This document shows positions 56,427 through 64,000 of a stretch of 64,000 nucleotides of DNA, one piece after another. Under the pieces are notes generated by a model, which ran no database searches, was not told the origin of the DNA, and was given only the letters and a program-made list of their open reading frames with translations. Where the stretch lies: assembly GCA_965240325.2 (NCBI GenBank), contig OZ251245.1:1240001-1304000 (forward strand). Reading direction: 5' to 3'. The DNA is from Rebecca billardiae RCC1528 (lineage: Eukaryota; Protista; Haptophyta). The stretch's first letter is position 1; each line of letters starts with the position of its first letter. Made by a program: the position numbers and the translations under genes.

Positions 56427-59400
56427 TCAGTCGGCGGCCTCCACCGCCGCCTGCTCCTCCTCGTCGTCGTCGAGCGCGAAGGAGCGCAGCACGTCCAGCA
56501 CGTGCGCGATCCCGGGGCTGTCCTTGTTCATGCACGCGTCGAGGCCGGCCGCGTCGAACTCGTCGCGGTCGGGCGAGCCGATCGGGTCGCCCGTCATGCC
56601 GATGATGGTCCCCGAGAAGCCGAGCGTGCGGAGCTCGCGCGTCGCCGCCGTGCCCGTCATGCGCGGCATCTGCACGCGCGCGCGCGCGAGGGAGACAGAG
56701 GGCACGCGAGGGCTGAGCGCCGCCAACCGCGCCAGCGCACCACGGGGCGGTCGCGCGCGCGCGCGCACACCTGGTTGTCCATCACGATGAGCGCGTACGG
56801 CGCGCCCTCGGCCTGGCGCTGCTGCACCATCGCCACCGCCTCCGCGCCGTCGGAGGCGACGTCGTACGCAGCGCCGAGCTTCTTGAACGTGCGCAGCGGC
56901 AGCGAGCGCTGCAGGATCTTGTCGTCGTCCACGTACAGGCAGCGGAAGCCGACACCAAAGCGCAGCTTGTGCGGTGTGGACGGCGGGGTGCGGCCGGACG
57001 CGGGGCCGGCGGCGGCGGGGCTGGGTGGTGCCGCCGGCTCGGTCGCAGCCACCGCGCCGCCCGCCTCTCCGGTGCGAGCCTCGCGCGGCGGCATGCACGT
57101 CGGCCCCGGCTGGGCGGCGGGGGCGGCCGCCTCCTCACCCACCTGCACGCGCGCAGGGCGCACGGCGTGCGCCCCTTCCAAGCTCGGGTGGGCCGGCCGC
57201 GCGGGCGTGCCGCTCGGCGGCAGGGCGGCTGGGGCCTCAGCCGCGTTGTTTGGCGCGGGCCGCGGCTCGTCCAGCTCACGTGCACGACCAGGCGCGCGCG
57301 TCTGCTGGCCTGGCGACCGCTGGCCAAACTCGCTCGATTGGCGGCTGTGGTGGAAGCGCCCGCGCATGCGCGCGGACATTGCGCACGTGTGGCCATCGAC
57401 AGCCGTCGTCGCGCTCGGGGGCAGAGGCGGCGGGTCTGCGTCCTCATGCTCGGACAGCTCGGCCCAGTCCGAGGCGCCGTGCGCGCCCACGCCGGCCGCG
57501 GCCGGCTGCGCGCGAGACGCGCCGCTGCTCGACGAGGCGTGGCGCGGGCGGGTGAGGTGGGCCGCGGTCGGCAGCGAGCGAGCCGTCGAGGTCCAGCTGG
57601 CCGAGGAGGCGCAGCCTGAGCGCGTGAGCTGGGCCGAGGACGTGGTGGGCGTGGGGCGGTGGTGGCGCGGCAGGTGGAGCACGAGCTCGAACGTGGTGCC
57701 GTGCCCGTGCCCGTCCGAGTGCAGCCGCAGCTCCGAGCCCTGGTGCAGCTGCAGCAGCTGGCGGCAGATGTGCAGCCCGAGGCCCGTGCCGCCCGCGCCC
57801 TGCAGCTGCCCGCGGCCCACCTGCTCAAACGGCTCGCGCACGCGCTGCAGCGTGCCCAGCTCGGCGGCGTCGAGGCCGACCCCCGAGTCGACGACGCGGA
57901 TGTGCACGGGCTCGCCCACCACGGCGGCCAGCTTGACGCCGTGGTGGTTGGTGATGCACGCGGAGGAGGAGGAGACTTGGCGCAGGACGGGAGGGCTTGG
58001 CTGCAAGCGCAGCGGCGGGGCGGCTGCCTCTGCGTCCGCCGCCTCGTCCTCGACGGCCTCCGCCGTCGGCTCGGAGTCGCCCTCGAACGCGTACACGCGC
58101 ACGGTTCCGCCCGCGTCGGTGAACTTGAGCGCGTTCGAGATCCCGTTGTTCAGGCACTGCTGCAGCCGGCGCAGGTCGCCCACCAGCCAGCAGCCGCCCA
58201 GCTCGCCCTCCGGCTCCGCCACCTCGAGCCGAATCTGCTTCTCCGCGGCGACCGCGCCGAACGTGGCGGAGACGGAGCGCAGCAGCGCCGCGAGCGCGAA
58301 GGGCGCGTGCACGAGGTTGAGCCGGCCCGAGTCGATCCGCTCGTAGTCGAGCATGTCGGACACGACGTACTCCATCAGCGAGGCGCACGTCGAGAGGCCC
58401 TCGAGCGCCTCGAGCACGTGCGGCGCGTCGAGCGACGAGGCGGGCTGCGCGCCCGGCGCTGCCGCCTCGGCGGCCTCGTCGCGCAGCGCCTCGGCGAGCG
58501 CGCGGATGGAGAGCAGCGGCGAGCGCAGGTCGTGCATCACGATGCGGATCAGCCGGCTGCGCGCGTTCGACGCCGCACGCGCCGTCTGCAGCCGCAGCTG
58601 CGCCTCGACCTCGGCCGCCTGGTGCGTGCGCTGCTCGGCGAGCGCGTGCGCGACCGTCGCCTGCAGGTGGAAGTGGTACCGCTCGAGGCGCGCGAGGCGC
58701 GCGCGGCCGGCGACGAGCGAGGCGGCGACGAGCGCAAAGTACACGAGGCCGAGCGCTCGCGACGCCTCCCCGCTGCACGGCGCCTCGCCCACGACGAGCG
58801 CGGCCGCGCTGCCGCCGAACGCGAGCAGCGCCACCGCCGTGTACGCGCGCAGCGAGAGCGGCAGGAAGAGGCAGACGGCGGTGAGGACGGCGAGCTCGCG
58901 CACGAGCCAGATGGAGAGCGAGGAACCGCGCGCGGGGTCGTCCTCGAGCATCACCAGCATCACCGGCGTGAGCGCCGCGTGCGCGCACAGGCCGGCGGTG
59001 GTCACCGCCTCCGTGGCAGCGAGCGAGAGCGCGCAGCGGCGCGCGCACAGCGCAAACGCGCCCATCAAGATGAAGAGCGCCGCGATAGAGAGCGCGATGA
59101 GGGTGGCAGGGCGGACCATTCCATCCATGTACGCGCCGACGGCGGCGTGGACCGCGTGCAGGCCGCCGACCGCGATGCAGAGCACGAGCACGGAGCGGGG
59201 CAGCGTCGAGCGACGCACGCGCTCGCGGAAGTTGGCTTCGACGTTTGCGTCGGCGAACGTGCCGTCGAGGCGGAGCCGGATGCCTGCCGGGTGTGTGCTA
59301 ATCGCATGCTCGTCGCCGAGCGCGCTCGTGCCGGCGGCGTCTTCGGCGATGGCGGCGCCGCGAGTGCGAGTGCGCTCCACGTCACCTGGGAGGGGCGTCT

Positions 59401-59527
59401 CCGCCCGCGACTGGAGCGGCGGCGGCGGCGGCGGCGCGACGCCACGCCACGAGCGACGCTGCGCCCTGTCCCAGGCAGCGCCGGGCGCGTCGTCCTCGTC
59501 CGCTGGGTGGACGATCCGCGCGGACAT
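56427..59527 (-). CDS. Membrane-bound hybrid histidine kinase (multi-TM sensor, HisKA, HATPase, receiver); intron 56670-56770
   Basis: H-box HDLRSPL, N-box NNGISNALKFT, G1 DSGVG, G2 GTGLGL; receiver LYVDDD, MDNQ|MPRMTG, IIGMTG. Confidence 0.93.
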
Positions 59528-60069
59528 CGCCGACGACGGGGCGCGACGGCTCGGTGGGTGTGTCGGGGACGTGCTTCGACGTCGACGCAGCCGAAAGATA
59601 GACAGCGAGGCGACGGGTGGCACCGAACATACCTCTTGCACCCTGAACGCATACGATCACGATTCACCGGAAGGTCAAACAGAGCCTTCGCGGCGGTCGC
59701 GTGGCCAGTGCATTGATGACCGACCCGATCACGCTCGCATGTGAGCGGAATACGTCGGTCCGCGAAGTTGTCAGTTGAATACTTTACCCCTTCTGACCGA
59801 CATCTCAGGTGCGATTAGTAGCCTGAAAGCGCGCGCGTCGACGTTCGCGGGCGCGCGGGAGAGGGCATTTGAGCGGCATATGGGGGAGATGAAATGTACG
59901 GTTAACTGCTGAATACGATACAGGTGGCAGCTGAGGTGAGATATGAGCGGCCCATCAACCGTATATTCATCAGTGTGCACCTTAAGACACATCATGATAC
60001 ATGCAGTCCGAATATGGTTTCACGCCAATAGAGGTAATGCCGGTAATACCAGAAGTACGTTTATTGGTT

Positions 60070-62894
60070 TCATGATGACGACTGTTCGTCGTCACGAAGC
60101 AGTGGTGCGCGAATTCGCAGGGTCCGACGCGCCGAGGAGAACGTGGAGCGCGCGCGCGCGCTCACAATTGGCTGCTCGAGGGTCAGCTCCCAACGGTGCG
60201 CTGCGCGTGTATCAGCCTCGCCGTCGGCAGTGGCCGCTCCGTGCGACAGCTCAAGCCTGCAGGCGCCGCGCGGCATAGCGCGCGTTCGGTCACAGTTGTC
60301 GCGGGGCAAGAGTCCGCAGAGGTGAGTGTCAGCTCCGTGACGCGGAGGTGATCCGGATCCCGCGCGGATTCGGTCCGTCGCCGCAGGAGTCGCGTCTGAT
60401 TCGTGACTGCGGACGTGACGGCGGGCCGGCGCGCATAGGTGCCCGCCCGTCCGCCCCGTTGCAGGCGTTGCACGATCGCGAAGCACATGACGGATCGCCA
60501 CGCGCGCCCGGAGCTGACCACGCACACCACGCGCTCGGCGCTCGCACGCACCGGTGATCCGTGACGCCGAGCTCCAAGTCGCCCTTGCCGCGCACGCACT
60601 CGGCCAGAGTGAGCGTGATCTCGAGCTGGTGCGCCCCAGCGCCGTCGGCAGCCGCATCAGCCGGCGCGCCGTGCCTCACCGCCTGCGCGCACGAGAGGAC
60701 AAAGCCCGTCCGCCCACCGGCCACGTCGGAGCGCGGCCGGTGGTGGGCGGCGAGAGCCTCGCACGCCGCGTGCAGCCGCGCCCTGGCCTTGTGCGCGCGC
60801 GTCTCGTCGAGTGCAGGCAGCGGCAGCAGGCATGGCGGCAGCGTCAGCGGCGGCGACAGAAGCGCGGGCGTACCCGCCGCACTCGGCAGCAGCGCGGCGC
60901 AGTCGGCTGCACAGCGTGCAAACTCACCTGCCTGCGCACGGATGGTACCACGCGCACGGGAACGTGCGCGGATCGCGCGGGCGAAAGCGGAGAGTGAGTC
61001 GAGCTCCCTGGTGGCCTCGGCCGCAAGCCGTCACCGCACGCGCACGCACGCACGCACGCACCTCGAGCGCACACGCCGCGCGGTTGAGCAAGATCCGAGT
61101 CACCAGCTCGCGCACGGCTGGCCCGTCGTCGCGCGCACCATCGGCGGCAGTGGCGGTCGCAGCAGCCTCTGCGGCGCGCAGCGCATCCTCGTACAGGCCG
61201 AGGGCCGCACGCGCACTCTCGCGCGCTGCGTCGGCCTCGGCCGTGGCGACGGCGCCGATGGTGGCGGCGGAGGGCTGCCAGCCGCTGTCTGCGCGCGCCT
61301 TGAGCGCGCTGGCGGTGCTGAGGCCCGACGCTTGCGGCACGGCGTGCGCCCGCTCGGACGGCGTGGGCGCGGTGCCTGCTACCGCACCGGCCATGCTCTG
61401 CGCACCGCCGGCCGCCGATGGTACGGCAGCCGGCGGCGGCGACGGGCCGTTGGCCGGCACGGCCGTTGGCTGGGCGTCCGCCCCGCCGCCAGCCTCCGCG
61501 CCGGGCTCGGCCGCAAGCCCGGCCGCGGCGCGCGCGCGCATCGCAGCGCCGAGCACCTCGGTCAGGGCGGAAGCGTCCGCATCGCGCCCAGCGGCGCGAA
61601 GGCCGGCGATGGTCGCGCGCACGCCCGCCTCGTCGACGGCTGGCGGATCGGACGACGCGTCGGCGCCCGCTCGCGCGCCCGCGCCCTCCTCTCCTGAGTC
61701 CGACTCCGAGTCCGAGTCCGAGTCCGACGCCGATTCGACGCCCTCGTCGTCGGCTGCCGCGGCCGCGAGCGCGCGGCGCTCGGTCTTGTGCATGCGCGCG
61801 AGCAGCGCGCTATACTCGCGCGCGGCGAGGCGCGCGTGCCCCTGCAGCTCGAGCACGCGACACCGGCGGTAGTGCCCCTTCGGCCAGCTGGGCAGCGCGC
61901 GGATCGCCGCGTCTGCGTCCTCGAGCGCGAGGTCGAGCGCGCCCGCGCGCGTGAACGCGGCCGCGCGGTTGCTGTGCAGCCGGGCGCGCTCCTCGGGCGT
62001 GGCGCACGCCTCGAGCGCCTCGCCGTACAGCCGGACGGCGGCGGAGACCTGGTTCACGCGCAGCGCGCGCGCCGCCTGCTCGCACTTGGCGTGCAGCTCC
62101 CCGCAGCGCGCCTTCTCCTCGTCCACAATGGACGCCACGGACGAGGCCATGCCCGACTGCGCCGCGTCGACCGCCGCGCCCTTGGCGGCGAGCTCGGCCT
62201 CGCCGGCGCCGAGGGCGGACCTCGCGGCCTGGTACGACTGCTGCGCGGCCTCCGCCGCGCGCCGAGCCTCGTCGAGCCGCGCCTGATTCGCCGCGAGCTC
62301 GCGCTTCCCCGCCTCGAGCTTGGCGGCGAGCTCGGACAGCGGAGGGTCGGGCGGCGCGCTCGCGGCAGCGCCGGCGGTCGTCGCTGCGCGCTGCGCCGTG
62401 GCGCCCGCGCCCGCGGCGGCGGGGCCGCCGAGCAGCTTGCGCATGAGCGCCTCCGGGTCGTTCTGCGCCATCAGCGCCTCAAGCTCCGCGCGCGGCAGCC
62501 CCGAGCTCGCCTGCAGGTGCTGCACCAGCTGCTCGGGAGACCGCACGTCCTCGAGCGCGCGCAGCTGCGCGTCCAGCGCCTTGCGCCGCGCGTCGAGCGC
62601 GGCGGCGGCGGGCTGGGCGGCGGCGTCCGGAGGGATCCCGAGCGCCGACGCGGCCTCGACGAACGCGCGCGCGTCCGCCTCGCCCCCGCCTGCGCCTGCG
62701 GCCGCCTGCGCGCGGCTGAGCGCGGCGAGCACGTCCGCGGGCGGACGCGCGGGCGCCTCGTCCGCCACGCCGGCGGCGGCGGCGATCTCCTCGAAGCGGG
62801 AGTAGTCCAGGGCGCTGGCCGCCTTCCGGCCGCCGCCGCCGCGCCGCGCGTTCCCACTGCTCGCCCGCAGCCACTCGTCCCGTGCCGTGGGCAT
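60070..62894 (-). CDS. TPR-repeat co-chaperone-like protein with C-terminal PIH1/CS-like domain; introns 60932-61061 and 60257-60551
   Basis: N-terminal LDYSRFEEI; TPR LHSNRAAAF..ALEDADAAI..PSWPKGHYRR; second TPR LLNRAAC; spliced C-terminus LEITLTL..DLELGV..WELTLEQPI..ARSTFSSARRTLRIRAP. Confidence 0.7.
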
Positions 62895-63348
62895 CCCTTG
62901 CCGTTGGGGCCGATGGCGGTTGGCGTTGGGCTGCTGACGCCCGCTGCGCAGGAGCGCTGATGCAACACGGCGAGGCGAGAGTCAAGACATCAATCATGAT
63001 CATCGCGTTCGTCGTCCCAACGAGTGATACTGTACACAAAAGTCTCGTGACGGCGGTGGTCAGCCGACTGTCGTCATGGGCGCCTCAATACCGTATCGTC
63101 AGTCACTCATCAGCGGGAGACCGTCGTTATTAGCATCGACCTGAAACTCCGTTACCATCATGCACTCGTCACTGATCGTCGCCTGATCGGGTCCGAGTCC
63201 GCCGCCGCGCGCGACACGACGACTTACGCCCCGTGTCGTCGCATCGGCTGCGGCGGCGACGACGCAGCGAGGGCCCGCCTCGCGCCCGAGCGCTCGGCCA
63301 GCTCCCCGCCCCGTCGCCCCGGCCCCGCGCGCGCCGCGCCGCGCCCGC

Positions 63349-63728
63349 TTACTTGAGCAGCATGCCGCCGAGGCCGGCGTCGACCGTCTCCAGGAAGGGC
63401 GTGCCCGACGCAACCGACGAGATCACGACCGAGATCAGGCCGAGCATCGCGAGGCGGCCGTTGAGGATCTCGGCGGCCGGGGTGAGGCCGGCCTCGAGGG
63501 GCGGGAAGAGGCCGTACGCCTGCTCGTCCGCCTCGCTGGCCTTCATGTTCAGCGTGAGCTTGTCCGAGAACGGGAAGGGCGCGAGCGCGGACGCCACGCT
63601 CACCATCAGCGCGTGCACGTGGGCAATCAGGATGATCGCACGGCCCTTGGTGATGGCGCCGGTGCCCGTCGCGGCGAGCGGGCCCCACACCGACAGGTCC
63701 AGCGGCGTGTCCGCGTCCGGGATCAGCC
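63349..63728 (-). CDS. RedCAP (red-lineage chlorophyll a/b-binding-like protein), last exon; 5' part lies beyond the window
   Basis: GLIPD..LDLSVWGPLA..RAIILIAHVH..GLTPAAEILNGRLAMLGL; splice acceptor GCGCAG at 63729. Confidence 0.75.
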
Positions 63729-64000
63729 CTGCGCGCGCCGAGACGCCGAGCGGGCACGCGACGATCCGCGGCGCGAGAGCGAGCGAGCGCGCGCGCACAC
63801 ACGCACACGCCGAGGGGGAGGCACGCGGCACGCGATCAGCATGGGCGGCAGGCAGCGCGCGGCGGCGCTGGCCGGGGTGCGCGACGACCCCGGGTGGGCC
63901 CGGGTGCGCACACGCCGGCTCGATGCGCATGCCGCCCACCCTGAGCGCTCCTGCCCAGGCGCTGACAGCCGTTGGTCCGGCTGCGTGCCGTGAAGTCGCG

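Overview
Very GC-rich eukaryotic nuclear DNA, not prokaryotic: genes carry spliceosomal introns. A RedCAP gene, a signal-peptide-bearing plastid FabF, a single-domain voltage-gated cation channel and axonemal Rib72/EFHC1 point to a flagellated alga with a red-derived secondary plastid, most likely a haptophyte (inference). About 19 protein-coding genes are present, many in compact head-to-head pairs. Gene-poor stretches hold a young non-autonomous Copia-derived LTR element (TG...TA ends, TATAA TSD, 10-bp satellite inside both LTRs) and at least four TIR-bounded DNA elements with visible target-site duplications, two of which carry decayed host gene fragments (kinase, scramblase-like, WD40, PH). 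Most notable observations: a SAM domain fused to a toxin-like (Ntox43/IQM-like) domain; a uniform non-standard splice donor (GTGYGYGC) with often self-complementary intron ends; Pack-type gene capture; and a Tc1/mariner-type insertion splitting the short divergent promoter of two fucosyltransferases. All homology calls are motif recognition by eye; no searches were run. Intron and start coordinates are manual inferences.
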